Of a stretch of 64,000 nucleotides of DNA, positions 9,602 through 20,278 are shown piece by piece. Location: NCBI GenBank assembly GCA_965209085.1, contig OZ242376.1:1056001-1120000 (forward strand), given 5' to 3'. The notes beneath the pieces were generated by a model. The model was not told the origin of the DNA. It worked only from the letters and a program-made list of their open reading frames with translations, and searched no databases. The stretch's first letter is position 1; every line of letters begins with the position of its first letter. The translations under genes and the position numbers were made by a program. This DNA comes from Nitrosopumilaceae archaeon (GTDB taxonomy: Archaea; Thermoproteota; Nitrososphaeria; Nitrososphaerales; Nitrosopumilaceae).

Positions 9602-10394
9602 CATTCACAGACTCTTAAAGGTGGAACGCGTGGTGGATGAAACGCCGACTGTTAGAACTTTGATAGTCTCCGATGAGATACTGTATGATGCTCATCCTGG
9701 ACAATTTTGCATGGTATGGGTTCCTGGAGTTGCAGAGTTGCCAATGAGTATAATGGTGATGCAAAAAAGACCATATGCTGCATTTACTGTAAGAAAACAC
9801 GGACCGGCATCAACTGCCCTGTACAACATGCAGGCCGGAGACAGTATAGGGTATAGGGGACCGTATGGAAACAGTTTTGATTTGCGCAGCGGCCGCATCA
9901 TGCTAGTGGGAGGCGGCACGGGACTTGTTCCCCTTATGCGGCTCATCACACGACTTGGAGCAGATGATGAGGTAACGCTCATCATGGGATCAAAGAGAAA
10001 AGACGAAGTGTTGTTTGAGAAAACCGCAAAGATGATTGCGGAAAATCGCAGATGTGAAATCATAACCGTTACCGAAGATGGTAGTTACGGCTCAAAAGGA
10101 CTTGTCACAGACATGGTAAAGGTACAAATCAATTCCAAATACGATGCATTGTACACGTGCGGGCCGGAAATGATGATGTACAATACTGTAAAAATTGCCC
10201 ACGATGCCAAAGTGTTTGCGCAGGCAAGCATCGAGAGGGCGATGAAATGCGGCATGGGAATATGTGGAAGCTGCTGCATGTCTGATGCAATTGTCTGCAG
10301 CGATGGCACAGTATTTGATGCTCAGAGACTTCTTGCAAATGCAGACTTTGGGCATGTGCACCGCGACAAGTCTGGAATTTCAATCAAATACTAG
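9588..10394 (+). CDS. pyrK: Dihydroorotate dehydrogenase electron transfer subunit
   Basis: PGQF, RGPYG, GGGTG..P, CGPE and MKCGMGICGSC (2Fe-2S) motifs; TTG start overlapping the pyrD end. Confidence 0.93.
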   Translation: MRNPNIHRLLKVERVVDETPTVRTLIVSDEILYDAHPGQFCMVWVPGVAELPMSIMVMQKRPYAAFTVRKHGPASTALYNMQAGDSIGYRGPYGNSFDLRSGRIMLVGGGTGLVPLMRLITRLGADDEVTLIMGSKRKDEVLFEKTAKMIAENRRCEIITVTEDGSYGSKGLVTDMVKVQINSKYDALYTCGPEMMMYNTVKIAHDAKVFAQASIERAMKCGMGICGSCCMSDAIVCSDGTVFDAQRLLANADFGHVHRDKSGISIKY

Positions 10395-10673
10395 CGCGCA
10401 TATTTGGCATCAGATTTTGCACCATATGCAAGATGAGGTTCTCCGCCAGCATGGTGGAATTGTGCAGACTGCAAATGTACACATATTGTCTGTTTCAAAA
10501 ATTGCACCGATACTAGTATAGCGGCACGCCAATGTTCATGAACGTCCAACCATCTCTGTACTATTGGATTGAGACTATTTTTAGCTCACGAACTTTTGCG
10601 TGTGTCCATATGCGCGTATTTGCCATAATAGTCACACAAGATTTAAAACAAATGCGCCTGAGAGCGTGCTCGT

Positions 10674-12401
10674 ATGCCAACTCCAAAGATAGTTCTAACA
10701 GCAGATAGGACATTAATGTCCCCGTACCGCAAACTCTCGCTTGCCACATTCTTTGGCTGTGCGCCAGCTCTTGACCCCCACCGCGATCCGAAGAGTTTTT
10801 GGTATAAAATTCTTGGAAGACAGGTTACTCCGAAAATACTCTTTGATTTCATCTGCAATTACATACCCCATACAAACGGTGTTGCCGATTATGCCCCATA
10901 CGGTCTCCGCAAAGTTGAGGCAGGTTTGTTGCGTGACGGTTTCAAACGCGATGAAGTGGTTGTTGCACATCCGGATCATATTGAACAATTCATAGGTCCT
11001 GGTACCGAAGTTGTCGGTACGTATGAAATGGATCCGCTTGGAATGGGTCCTGTAACAATGACGTTCACATATGGCCGTAAACAAATGTCGTATGATGAAT
11101 TTTACAACAGGGAAATGCACCAAAGAATAAACGCCGCAAAAGAAAAAACCGGCAGCCATGCAAAAGTAATTGCAGGAGCTTCTGGTACATGGCAGTACAA
11201 TTATGATCCAGCAAAGATAGAAGAATACGGCCTGTACGCCATATTAGAGGGCGAGCTTGGCGGAATAGCCCCCGAGATAGACGGACATGCTGGCAGATTT
11301 TTCAGATATTTGATAAACGGGGATTTTGACAACATGGATCCGTTTAGAAAACGCAAAGATTTCAAGGTGGACATTAAAGAATTCAAGAGGGGGGATAAAA
11401 CTCACCACGGAAGATTTGTCAATTTTTGGGACAGACCAGACCTTGACGATATACCAAACATCGTAGAGCCTAGCATGCACGGAATGGTGGAAGTTATGAG
11501 AGGCTGCGGACGCGGCTGTAAGTTTTGTGACGTGACTTTGCGTTCTTTGAGGTATTATTCTCCAGAAAAAGTCAAAGAAGAGATAGAAGTCAATATCAAA
11601 AAAGGCGGTTCAAAGTCAGCATGGATACAAAGTGATGATATATTCGTGTACGGAATGAATCCACGTACGGCTAAAAACATGGAGCCAAACAGGGAAGCGA
11701 TGGAGGATTTGTTCAAAGCCATAATGTCAACAGGCGTTGAACATACAAACCCCACGCACGGGACACTTGCAGGTGCCATTGCAGACGAGAGACTGCTTCC
11801 AAACATATCCAAGATAATTCGTTCAGGTCCGGACAATCTCACGGGTATACAGTGCGGTCTTGAGACAGGAAGTATCAGATTGATTGAAAAGTATGCAGAC
11901 CGCAAGCTTGCGCCATACAAGCCATCCGAATGGCACTGGGTGATAAAGGAAGGCGTGAAAACATTAAACGAGAATTACTGGATTCCGGCATTTACGTTAA
12001 TTATGGGTCTTGACAACGACGAGACTCCTGAGGATTCATGGGAAACCATACGGGTATTGACAGAATTGGAAAGGGAGCAGCCTGATTCAATGTTTACCGT
12101 AACTCCCCTCACTTTCGTTCCAATAGGTCTGCTTGAAAAATCAGACTTTTTCAACATTGGAAGCGAGATGGATCCCGCACAGCTTGGAGTTATGTACAAG
12201 ACATGGCAGCACAATTTCAAATACGGAATAAAGAAATTCATGACAAAGACTGGAGGCAATAACGGACCAAAAAAATTCTTTTTCAACGCTCTTGCGCGCA
12301 CTCTTGGCGGCGTACCCCTTGGAGCAATGGAGAAATACGCCAGAAGAAAGGGCGGAGAGCACGAGTTGACCATAGAAAAGATCAAGGCCAATTACTGGTA
12401 A
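10674..12401 (+). CDS. Class B-like radical SAM protein, probable GDGT ring synthase (Grs) family
   Basis: CxxxCxxC (RGCGRGCKFC). The N-terminal IVLTADRTLMS and APYGLRKVEAGL motifs resemble Grs-family proteins as I recall them; family call unverified. Confidence 0.65.
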   Translation: MPTPKIVLTADRTLMSPYRKLSLATFFGCAPALDPHRDPKSFWYKILGRQVTPKILFDFICNYIPHTNGVADYAPYGLRKVEAGLLRDGFKRDEVVVAHPDHIEQFIGPGTEVVGTYEMDPLGMGPVTMTFTYGRKQMSYDEFYNREMHQRINAAKEKTGSHAKVIAGASGTWQYNYDPAKIEEYGLYAILEGELGGIAPEIDGHAGRFFRYLINGDFDNMDPFRKRKDFKVDIKEFKRGDKTHHGRFVNFWDRPDLDDIPNIVEPSMHGMVEVMRGCGRGCKFCDVTLRSLRYYSPEKVKEEIEVNIKKGGSKSAWIQSDDIFVYGMNPRTAKNMEPNREAMEDLFKAIMSTGVEHTNPTHGTLAGAIADERLLPNISKIIRSGPDNLTGIQCGLETGSIRLIEKYADRKLAPYKPSEWHWVIKEGVKTLNENYWIPAFTLIMGLDNDETPEDSWETIRVLTELEREQPDSMFTVTPLTFVPIGLLEKSDFFNIGSEMDPAQLGVMYKTWQHNFKYGIKKFMTKTGGNNGPKKFFFNALARTLGGVPLGAMEKYARRKGGEHELTIEKIKANYW

Positions 12402-12625
12402 TCTCTGAATTCAAATGCGCGTTTTACAGATAGAGGATTACATCAAAAATATCAAATATTTCAAAAAACACATTTTACAGCAGACATTCTAAGCGGCCAC
12501 TCCAGGATACAATTTCACACAAATATTCCAACATCCGCGTACAGTATCCGCGAGGCTGATTGCAGTTTTGTGCTAGCATGCTGCAAATGTCAACAGATTG
12601 TGCATCCCAAAACAGGAGTTTGATC

Positions 12626-13309
12626 GTATGAAGTCAGATATTAAACGATACAGAGCACCTCTTCAAAGACGTTTTTACTCTGCATTTTCCACGTTAAACG
12701 CACGTTAGATAGTTTGGCATTCTTCTCATGTATTCAGATCCTCTGATCGGTCAGCTTGTCTTACTGCAAACCACGACATCCAGTAATGCACGCCGTGTAC
12801 GTCGATCATATGTCTGATCTCTGTTGCAACTGCTGGCGTGTAATCGATAATGTCACGCGTTTTTGTATACGAGTATTCCAGGATACTGCCACAGCTGCAT
12901 TTGGTATTTTTCATGGTATGCTTTACAGTACTGGTTGGATTGTGTTTGTGTGATACTCCCTTGTAACCTGGACTGCCGCCGGGTTTTTTTGATGGCAGTA
13001 ATTTTCCATTTTCTCTTGCCTTGCGTTTTTCTTACATGTATTCAAGTGAACGTGAAGAGGTTGGTGTGTTGGAATTTTCATAATATACGAGTCAAGTTTT
13101 GAGGATTTTAATTTCCCTATCCTTTGCGTCCAATCTATGCGTAAATTCTGTCATTTGTTTATTCATCTTTTCAACAAAAACTCTCAGTCTTCCAATTCAT
13201 GACATGTGGGACATTGATTGCTCGTGAAATGGATTATTTATTGATGGTATTTGGATCTAAATGATCGTATGTTATTGACTAATTTGTTAGGCATGAGCTG
13301 ACCTCATAC
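12626..13309 (-). mobile_element. Internally deleted IS66-like element
   Basis: Ends GTATGAAGTCA...TGACCTCATAC. Reverse-complement homology to both ends of the 36742-38087 element, with about 640 bp of the middle missing. Confidence 0.8.
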
Positions 13310-13325
13310 ATCCATCAGGATCGTA

Positions 13326-13336
13326 AATATATAAAT
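13326..13336 (+). promoter_or_regulatory. Probable archaeal TATA box for the rps30e-scpB unit
   Basis: AATATATAAAT about 25-30 nt upstream of the ATG at 13360 (leaderless-style spacing). Confidence 0.5.
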
Positions 13337-13359
13337 GCGACATTACATGTGTACAATAC

Positions 13360-13542
13360 ATGGCAACTCACGGTTCGCTGACAAAGGCCGGCAAGGTCAG
13401 AAGTCAGACTCCAAAAGTGGAAGGAAGAAAAAAAATCGGCACAAATTCCAGCGTCAGAAACAAGAATAACTACAAAAAACGCATAGTTTTAAGCAGATTC
13501 CCGGGGCAAAACAAACCTGGTCAGAGAAGACGCAGACGTTAG
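13360..13542 (+). CDS. rps30e: 30S ribosomal protein S30e
   Basis: MATHGSLTKAGKVRSQTPKV signature. Confidence 0.95.
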   Translation: MATHGSLTKAGKVRSQTPKVEGRKKIGTNSSVRNKNNYKKRIVLSRFPGQNKPGQRRRRR

Positions 13543-13573
13543 AGAATTGTTTTAATACATTTTCAATGGTTCG

Positions 13574-14149
13574 TTGTACATGGTAAAGAATATAATTGAA
13601 AAGGATGCAATAGCAAGAATCGAGGCTGCTCTGTATTCTTCAGGAAGACCGCTGAAAATTGACGAGATTATCCGAGCTTCTGGGACAGAGTCACGGATCA
13701 AAACAAAACAGATGCTTGATGATCTTGTAAAAAGGACAAAATCATCATTCAAGGCAATAGAGATAGCCGTGTTGCCTGACGGATCTTATGTTTTTCAGTT
13801 AAAGCCAGAATACAGCAGTTCTGTCAGAAGATACGCCTCAAAACCCATTTTGCCAAAAGCCACGTTAAAGACACTCTCATACATTGCATATACGCAACCT
13901 GTATCATCCAAAAATTTGGTCGATACTCGTGGTAATGGCGTGTACAGTCATTTAAAGGAGCTCCGGCAGCTTGATTTCATATCACATCAGAATGTGGGCC
14001 GACTCAAGATATACACCACCACTGAAAAATTTCAAAAATATTTTGGAATACAAGGAGATCAGGATACGTTAAAAGCAAAGCTCTTCAAACAGGTAAGAAA
14101 AACATCCAAAGGTACAGACGTGCCTCCAAAAGAAGAAACATCCGCATAA
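13574..14149 (+). CDS. scpB: SMC-Scp complex subunit ScpB
   Basis: IEAALY..GRPL, TLSYIAY.QPV, RG and YTTTEKF..YFG motifs. Confidence 0.9.
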   Translation: MYMVKNIIEKDAIARIEAALYSSGRPLKIDEIIRASGTESRIKTKQMLDDLVKRTKSSFKAIEIAVLPDGSYVFQLKPEYSSSVRRYASKPILPKATLKTLSYIAYTQPVSSKNLVDTRGNGVYSHLKELRQLDFISHQNVGRLKIYTTTEKFQKYFGIQGDQDTLKAKLFKQVRKTSKGTDVPPKEETSA

Positions 14150-14241
14150 AATTTCAAAAAATGTTTATGATGCATGAATTATGCACGATTACTGGTTCAG
14201 TATTGCTTTATCTATAAATAACACCAGTATTGGATATAATT

Positions 14242-14622
14242 GTGAAAAAATGCGTTGAAAATCTTGCAACAAGCAAGCTGACCGGAGGGCGAAGACATCC
14301 ACTTCGTACCCGAAGAAAATACGAGATTGACAGATATCCAAACGAGCCAATACAAGGAGCTCAGGAATCTGTTGCAAGAAAAGTCAGAGGCAAGGCACAA
14401 AAGACGGCGCTGAGAACCGCAGATTTTGTAAACCTTGCATCCGCAGGTAATAAAGTCACAAAGGTAAAAATAACCAAAGTGCTTGAAAACCCGACAAATA
14501 ATGATTATCAAAGAAGGGGTGTTATTACAAAAGGCGCACTGCTAGAAACCAGCAGTGGAAAATGCAGGGTTGTTTCAAGACCCGGTCAGCACGGCGCAGT
14601 AAATGCCATACTAGTAGAGTGA
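14242..14622 (+). CDS. rps8e: 30S ribosomal protein S8e
   Basis: KLTGGRR...RKYEIDR, RRGVITKG and SRPGQHGAVNA motifs; probable GTG start at 14242. Confidence 0.95.
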   Translation: MKKCVENLATSKLTGGRRHPLRTRRKYEIDRYPNEPIQGAQESVARKVRGKAQKTALRTADFVNLASAGNKVTKVKITKVLENPTNNDYQRRGVITKGALLETSSGKCRVVSRPGQHGAVNAILVE

Positions 14623-14628
14623 GTTTTC

Positions 14629-14937
14629 ATGAAAGACTACGAACATGTCGTAGTATGGCTAGATTATTTCAACAAGATACTTTCTAGAAATGCCGGCAGA
14701 CGCCTTGTGAGGGAAAATTGCGTCAACGACCCATCATTCAAGGAGCTTTCTGATGCTGCCACGGCGGCAGGTTTTGAGATAACAGATTCAAATGAAAAGG
14801 CACGGTATCCAAGAAGGCCCTACGTAAGATCAGGATATATTTCAGTTCCAAAAAAATCAAAAAAAATGGACATACTTGTGAAAATAGGCAAAAAGATGGC
14901 CGGAAGTAAAGCTAGACGGAAAGCGATCAAAAACTAG
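14629..14937 (+). CDS. srp19: Signal recognition particle protein SRP19
   Basis: VVWLDYFN...GRR and YPR motifs; conserved position after S8e. Confidence 0.9.
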   Translation: MKDYEHVVVWLDYFNKILSRNAGRRLVRENCVNDPSFKELSDAATAAGFEITDSNEKARYPRRPYVRSGYISVPKKSKKMDILVKIGKKMAGSKARRKAIKN

Positions 14938-14999
14938 CTATATGATAAAGTAATCCCAACCAAAGATTATTGATACTAGCACATTATACCATATGTCAC

Positions 15000-15248
15000 T
15001 TGCAGGAGATAGGAAAAATCGTACACTTGGCTCAGAGCGGCAGACTCATTGTAGAACTGTCCGTTGAGTTATCCGAAGGCGACATACTATATGATCAAAG
15101 AAGAAACAAAGTCGCACGGGTTGCAGAACTTATCGGACCCGTTTCAGCTCCGTTTGCCTCGGCAATACCATATGAGAATGTTAGAGGCGGTGCTGGCAGC
15201 AAAATGTACGCAATGCCTTCGCCTGCAGAGGAAAGAAGAGACAAATGA
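15000..15248 (+). CDS. gar1: H/ACA RNP component Gar1/Naf1 family
   Basis: IGKIVH...G.LIV and VARVAELIGPV.APF motifs; lies between srp19 and tfb. Confidence 0.82.
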   Translation: MQEIGKIVHLAQSGRLIVELSVELSEGDILYDQRRNKVARVAELIGPVSAPFASAIPYENVRGGAGSKMYAMPSPAEERRDK

Positions 15249-16192
15249 ACAACGAAGAGAATATAATCAATTGTCCAGAGTGCTCGTCAAAACTGTTAGA
15301 TGACGTGTACAAAGGAGAAATAGTCTGCTCAGGCTGCGGCATAGTCGTAGAAGAGCAGACTGCAGACCATGGACCAGAATCCATAAGCTCTGATCCAAGC
15401 GAACGCATGAAACTTGCGCGCGCTACAGGACAGACAACCTATTCACAGCACGACTACGGGATCAGCACCAGCATCTCCATGGGAACAAAAGACTTTAGCG
15501 GCAAGTCAATAAACGCGGCAATGTCAAACAAGATGAAAACACTGCGAACATGGCAGGATCGCATAAGAGTTTCCACTCCAAAAGAGAGAAGACTTGCAAG
15601 CGTACTGACAAAAATAGGCAGTGCATGCGAGAGCATGTCACTCCCGTACAACATACGCGAAACAGCGTCCGTGATATACCGAAATCTCAACGACAAGATG
15701 GAGGTAAAGGGCAAGTCTGTTGTTTGCATGTCAGCAGCGGTGATATTCACCGCATGCAGGCAGTGCGGAACGATCAGATCCATTGATGAGATCTGCAAGA
15801 GCATGTGCGAATCAAACGACGTAAAAGCAAAGGCAAAACTTGCCACAAAATACTATCGCAACATGGTAATCGAAATTGGTACAACCATGGCTCCCAGCAC
15901 CTCGATAAACACCTACATATCCAGAATTGCAAACGTTGCAAAGATTGACGCCCGTGTGGAAAGAACGGCTCTTGAACTAGCCGAGAAAATGGGCAAGGGC
16001 GGTGTAATGGACGGTAAAGCGCCAAACGGCATAGCGGCAGCCTACCTGTACATTGCGACCAATCTGCTTGGGCACAAGATGGTTCAAAGGGAAATCTCAA
16101 ACACTGCAAACATAACAGAGGTTACCATACGCAGTAGGTGTAAGGAAATGCTAGAGCATTACAAATTACAAATAACGCTTCGAGCAGTCTAG
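15245..16192 (+). CDS. tfb: Transcription initiation factor IIB paralog
   Basis: CPEC...GEIVCSGCG Zn ribbon, two cyclin repeats, TEVTIRSR HTH. Confidence 0.95.
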   Translation: MNNEENIINCPECSSKLLDDVYKGEIVCSGCGIVVEEQTADHGPESISSDPSERMKLARATGQTTYSQHDYGISTSISMGTKDFSGKSINAAMSNKMKTLRTWQDRIRVSTPKERRLASVLTKIGSACESMSLPYNIRETASVIYRNLNDKMEVKGKSVVCMSAAVIFTACRQCGTIRSIDEICKSMCESNDVKAKAKLATKYYRNMVIEIGTTMAPSTSINTYISRIANVAKIDARVERTALELAEKMGKGGVMDGKAPNGIAAAYLYIATNLLGHKMVQREISNTANITEVTIRSRCKEMLEHYKLQITLRAV

Positions 16193-16288
16193 TCTGCCAT
16201 TTTATTTTTTTATTTTTTAGATTCCCCAGTGGAACCTATTAGGAGCAGCTAAAATCCACTTATCTTATATACGAATAAAAATTTATTC

Positions 16289-17077
16289 ATGATAATGGCA
16301 GAATTGGAGATTAAAGATCTGCGCGTTGAATGTGAAGGCAAGGAGATTCTCAAAGGGGTAAATCTTAAGACAGGTTCCGGACAGGTGCATGCAATAATGG
16401 GTCCAAACGGTTCTGGTAAAAGCACCCTTGCATACACGCTTTTAGCCCATCCAAAATACAAAGTCACCAGCGGGGACATACTGCTTGATGGTGAAAGCAT
16501 TTTGGATCTTAGAGCTGATGAGAGGGCAAGAAAAGGATTGTTTTTGGGATTCCAATATCCCACCGAAGTTTCCGGTGTCGGTTTTTCACATTTTCTACGC
16601 ACATCATACAATTCACTTAGCAAAGCTTTGCAGGGAGATGATCGCGAAGTGTTCATTACCGTACGAGAGTTTCAAAAATATCTAAAAGAAAATCTTGCCA
16701 AAGTTGGATTGCGCGATGAGTTTTTGACAAGATATCTAAACGAGGGATTTTCCGGCGGCGAAAAGAAACGCTCAGAGGTACTTCAAATGGCAGTTATAAA
16801 ACCCAAAATATCCATACTAGATGAGCCAGATTCCGGACTTGACGTTGATGCTGTCCAATCAGTTGCCAAAGCAATCAGCGATGTCTCCAGCAAGGATTCA
16901 ACTATAATTATAATTACACACTATGCGCGCATTTTAAAATTTCTTAAAAAATTAGACTATGTGCACGTGTTTGCACATGGTAGAGTCGTAAAAAGCGGCG
17001 ATGCATCATTGGCAGACAAGCTCGACGAGAAAGGATACGACTGGGTTTTAAAGGAATTTGCACAAATTTCAGATTAA
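16289..17077 (+). CDS. sufC: Fe-S cluster assembly ATPase SufC
   Basis: GPNGSGKST, FQYP.EV.GV, NEGFSGGEKKR and LDEPDSGLD motifs. Confidence 0.95.
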   Translation: MIMAELEIKDLRVECEGKEILKGVNLKTGSGQVHAIMGPNGSGKSTLAYTLLAHPKYKVTSGDILLDGESILDLRADERARKGLFLGFQYPTEVSGVGFSHFLRTSYNSLSKALQGDDREVFITVREFQKYLKENLAKVGLRDEFLTRYLNEGFSGGEKKRSEVLQMAVIKPKISILDEPDSGLDVDAVQSVAKAISDVSSKDSTIIIITHYARILKFLKKLDYVHVFAHGRVVKSGDASLADKLDEKGYDWVLKEFAQISD

Positions 17078-19560
17078 TTTTGCGCCATCTGTTGCGTGCG
17101 ACATGAGCGTCTCTTTCGGAGTGCAACATATATCATTATTGTAGCAAAGAGCGCAGCTAGTGCAAGGAATAGCCAGGAATTTTCCCCACCATCATCATAT
17201 TCATACACGGTGTTTTCTGGTATAATTTCTGGCAGTGCGGATGCTGAATCCACTGCAAGAAAGTTTACCGTATGCGATGCGGTCCGCAGTACAGAATCAG
17301 ATAGTGCAAAGAGTGCAATATCTCCTGCCCCCTGTGCAAACGAGGCAGTGCTGTTTGCTCCAAGTTTTACAGAGGCAGAATTTGAATCCACTAGCACCTC
17401 TCCGGTCTCTGCAAGATTTCCCCTAGCATCAGTTACATAGTAGCGTATGCTATCTGCATTTTCAACGCGTACTGTGATTTCAGATTTTGTGCCGCGTTCA
17501 ATTACCTGCGGCCAGTCAACATCCAGAATTTTTGGCACCATGCTCTCTTCAAATCCGCCCATCTCATATGCTGCAAAAGGATACCCATCATCAAACGATG
17601 ATATTCGTATGGTTCTAGATTCTGGCGTATACCCGTCAAGACGGTACGGACCGTTTCCTATTACAGCATGTTTGTTCTCAGTTATCCACTGATCTGATGC
17701 GCCATATCTTTCCGCACGGTATTCAGCACTTGTGTATCCGGCCAGGAACGGATGCACAAAATCGGATTTTGAGAATTTTTGCAGATATTCTTGTATAAGA
17801 TAGGCATCTTTTTGAATTATCATTGAAAGCCATCCGGTGTTGCCGCTTATGGCACCGGATTTTGAAAACGACGCCTTGTTATCAGATACAATCTCTTCCA
17901 TTGCAGCGTTTAGCTCCCATGGAACCGAGGGCCAAACGCTGGCCCATGATGCAATCTCTGAATCATCAAAATGCCAGTAATCCACATACACTTCCAGAGT
18001 ATCAGAATCCACCTGTTTGACGCCTTTAAGGGTCTGCACGTACGGGCCGGCCCTTGCCGTAAACTCTGAATCCTTGTGCAGATCATCAGAACCTGCATCA
18101 TGACCCCATTCGTATATAAAATAAACAGAATACAGCACATCTGTCATGTCAACTGCTCTGCCATTATGCCATTTGCCAAAAACATAATCCAACGTCACCT
18201 TGCTTGTCGCAGTGGTATCAAGGCGGACGTTTGTCCATTTTTTATCCACCACATCCCAGTATACGGCATCAGTTGGAACCGGCAGCGATGATTCAAGACC
18301 GGCAGTCTCCACATCCCATACAGTCCGAAGCGGAAGTATTTGGCCAGTATATGGATGACGAAATGATGCCGGATCAGAGAGAACGCCCCAGATGTAACTT
18401 GAATAATAGTCAGTAAAACCCACCACAGGATTCCACGAACCCTGATAAATTTGCTTAACGCCAATGCGCATCTTGTCAGAATCGGTTTTAGCGTTTATCA
18501 GCGAGAGCCTAGTTGGAATTCCGGCACCAAAATCATTTACCAGTCCGTCCACCCCTTTGGATGCAGCATACAAATCGTTTTTGGCAGCGACAAATATTCT
18601 AACAGCCTCGCGCACTCCCTCATCGGTGGCAGCCCGCATAAGGTCTGCCCGCTCAGATTTTGATGCAAAATTGCCAGCATATATGACCTGTGTGAGGTTG
18701 TCCAGCAGTTTGTTTTCATAGTTCCAGTATCCAGGATTGTTAAAGCCCGGCATGTTTGAAAACCACGGCGAATACATTTGTGCAAGTCCTGTTTGATCGT
18801 ATTTTACAAGCGCCGTTGAGGCACCCCATCCTTCCGTGTATACGGACCATTCAAGATTTGCAGGATCGGATCCGTATACTGTAACAAACGCCTTGTTTAA
18901 ATCCCCATAATCGCGCTTCACTGCAAATCCAAGCCTCTCCAAATCCGTTGCAAGTATATCACCCATTGATTTCCGTATTGAATCATCGCTCCGGATAAAG
19001 ACGCGTATTGTAACATCCTGGCCATCAAACATCCATACGCCATCATGCAGAATAGCTCCCGCATCAGACATTGCCAAGTGTATGATTTTTTTTGCAAGCT
19101 GCGGATCGTATTGAAAGTTTATCGACTGTATCTTATCCAATATGGTCAGATAGTCCGGATTGTGCGGACCGTAATTTGAAACCATCACGGTGCCGTACCC
19201 CCCCATCAGCTCATTTACAATCAGTTTTCTGTCAATCAGATAGTTTAGCGCATACCTTACATCCCGCATTGAAAACGGGTTGAATGTTTCAGAATCGGCA
19301 GGATTTACCAATATGCTGTAAAACCCTCCAGGCGATTCAAAGACTTGCAGATTTTCCCGGTATGAGGGATCCTCTAGGCGCTCGGATGGAATTCGAAAAT
19401 AATACGTGTCCAAATTTCCTGCGGCAATCTCCTCCAATGCAGTATTCTCGTCAAGATATTGGACAAACTCTACGCGCTCAAGATACGTCCCTTTTTCAGC
19501 ACATGCTGCAGGCACTGTAATCATTCCAAGTATGGTAATATACAGAATATACGTTTTCAT
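17074..19560 (-). CDS. ABC transporter substrate-binding protein (family 5, peptide/nickel), membrane anchored
   Basis: Signal peptide, NPFS..VRYALNYLIDR, GNGPY and C-terminal TM helix; probable start 19560. Confidence 0.85.
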   Translation of the reverse strand: MKTYILYITILGMITVPAACAEKGTYLERVEFVQYLDENTALEEIAAGNLDTYYFRIPSERLEDPSYRENLQVFESPGGFYSILVNPADSETFNPFSMRDVRYALNYLIDRKLIVNELMGGYGTVMVSNYGPHNPDYLTILDKIQSINFQYDPQLAKKIIHLAMSDAGAILHDGVWMFDGQDVTIRVFIRSDDSIRKSMGDILATDLERLGFAVKRDYGDLNKAFVTVYGSDPANLEWSVYTEGWGASTALVKYDQTGLAQMYSPWFSNMPGFNNPGYWNYENKLLDNLTQVIYAGNFASKSERADLMRAATDEGVREAVRIFVAAKNDLYAASKGVDGLVNDFGAGIPTRLSLINAKTDSDKMRIGVKQIYQGSWNPVVGFTDYYSSYIWGVLSDPASFRHPYTGQILPLRTVWDVETAGLESSLPVPTDAVYWDVVDKKWTNVRLDTTATSKVTLDYVFGKWHNGRAVDMTDVLYSVYFIYEWGHDAGSDDLHKDSEFTARAGPYVQTLKGVKQVDSDTLEVYVDYWHFDDSEIASWASVWPSVPWELNAAMEEIVSDNKASFSKSGAISGNTGWLSMIIQKDAYLIQEYLQKFSKSDFVHPFLAGYTSAEYRAERYGASDQWITENKHAVIGNGPYRLDGYTPESRTIRISSFDDGYPFAAYEMGGFEESMVPKILDVDWPQVIERGTKSEITVRVENADSIRYYVTDARGNLAETGEVLVDSNSASVKLGANSTASFAQGAGDIALFALSDSVLRTASHTVNFLAVDSASALPEIIPENTVYEYDDGGENSWLFLALAALFATIMIYVALRKRRSCRTQQMAQN

Positions 19561-19651
19561 GCATGCACGGATACAGTATCTCGTATATGGGTTTGTCCAT
19601 TTTTTATTTTGCACGCCTACATTTATCTAAACAGCGGATACGATATCGCAT

Positions 19652-20278
19652 ATGATGATGCAAGTTTCAGGACTTTGTGCAATAATTCCCGGCGGCATAT
19701 CTGCAGAAGATTATGCCATAGTTGTAAATACAGATCATGTTAGTGCAAAATCAGTACTGCTAGACCTAGTTGAGAATCAAATCGGCGTGCAAAATGGCAA
19801 AAGTTTTGAATTCAGTACAGGGGATAAGCTTCGTGCCGCGATGCTTTGTCTGCAAAGGGGTGCTGTAATTGATGAGATTGCCCAAAATCTGAACTGGAGG
19901 GATTTTGAAGGACTGATATCGGAGATACTCTTAGAGGCGGGTTTTGCCACAATACGCAACCACATAATGAAAAACCCCCGCAGGGAGATTGACGTGGTCG
20001 GAATAAAGATGGGTGTTGCCATGACAATTGACTGTAAGCACTGGAAAAGAGCCCCAGTATCAGCCCTTGCCACTGCAGCATCAAAGCAGACAGAGCGCGC
20101 AAAACAGTACGTTGCATGCACCAATGGCGCCATTGCAGTTCCAGTAATAGTTACCCTGTATGATGATGATGTGACATTTTGTGCAAAGGTGCCCATAGTA
20201 CCGGTGCACAGATTTGCACCATTTGTAGATGAGTTTTACGGAAATTTGGAAAAGATGAACGTTATAGAAAAAAGCTAG
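19652..20278 (+). CDS. PD-(D/E)XK restriction-endonuclease-fold protein (Mrr-like)
   Basis: W.DFE....IL...GF, EIDVVG and IDCKHW motifs. Confidence 0.7.
   Translation: MMMQVSGLCAIIPGGISAEDYAIVVNTDHVSAKSVLLDLVENQIGVQNGKSFEFSTGDKLRAAMLCLQRGAVIDEIAQNLNWRDFEGLISEILLEAGFATIRNHIMKNPRREIDVVGIKMGVAMTIDCKHWKRAPVSALATAASKQTERAKQYVACTNGAIAVPVIVTLYDDDVTFCAKVPIVPVHRFAPFVDEFYGNLEKMNVIEKS

Noticed and set aside
19652-20278. Mrr-like protein as a restriction or defence system
   Set aside because: Stand-alone gene among housekeeping genes with host-like composition and no methyltransferase or mobile context.
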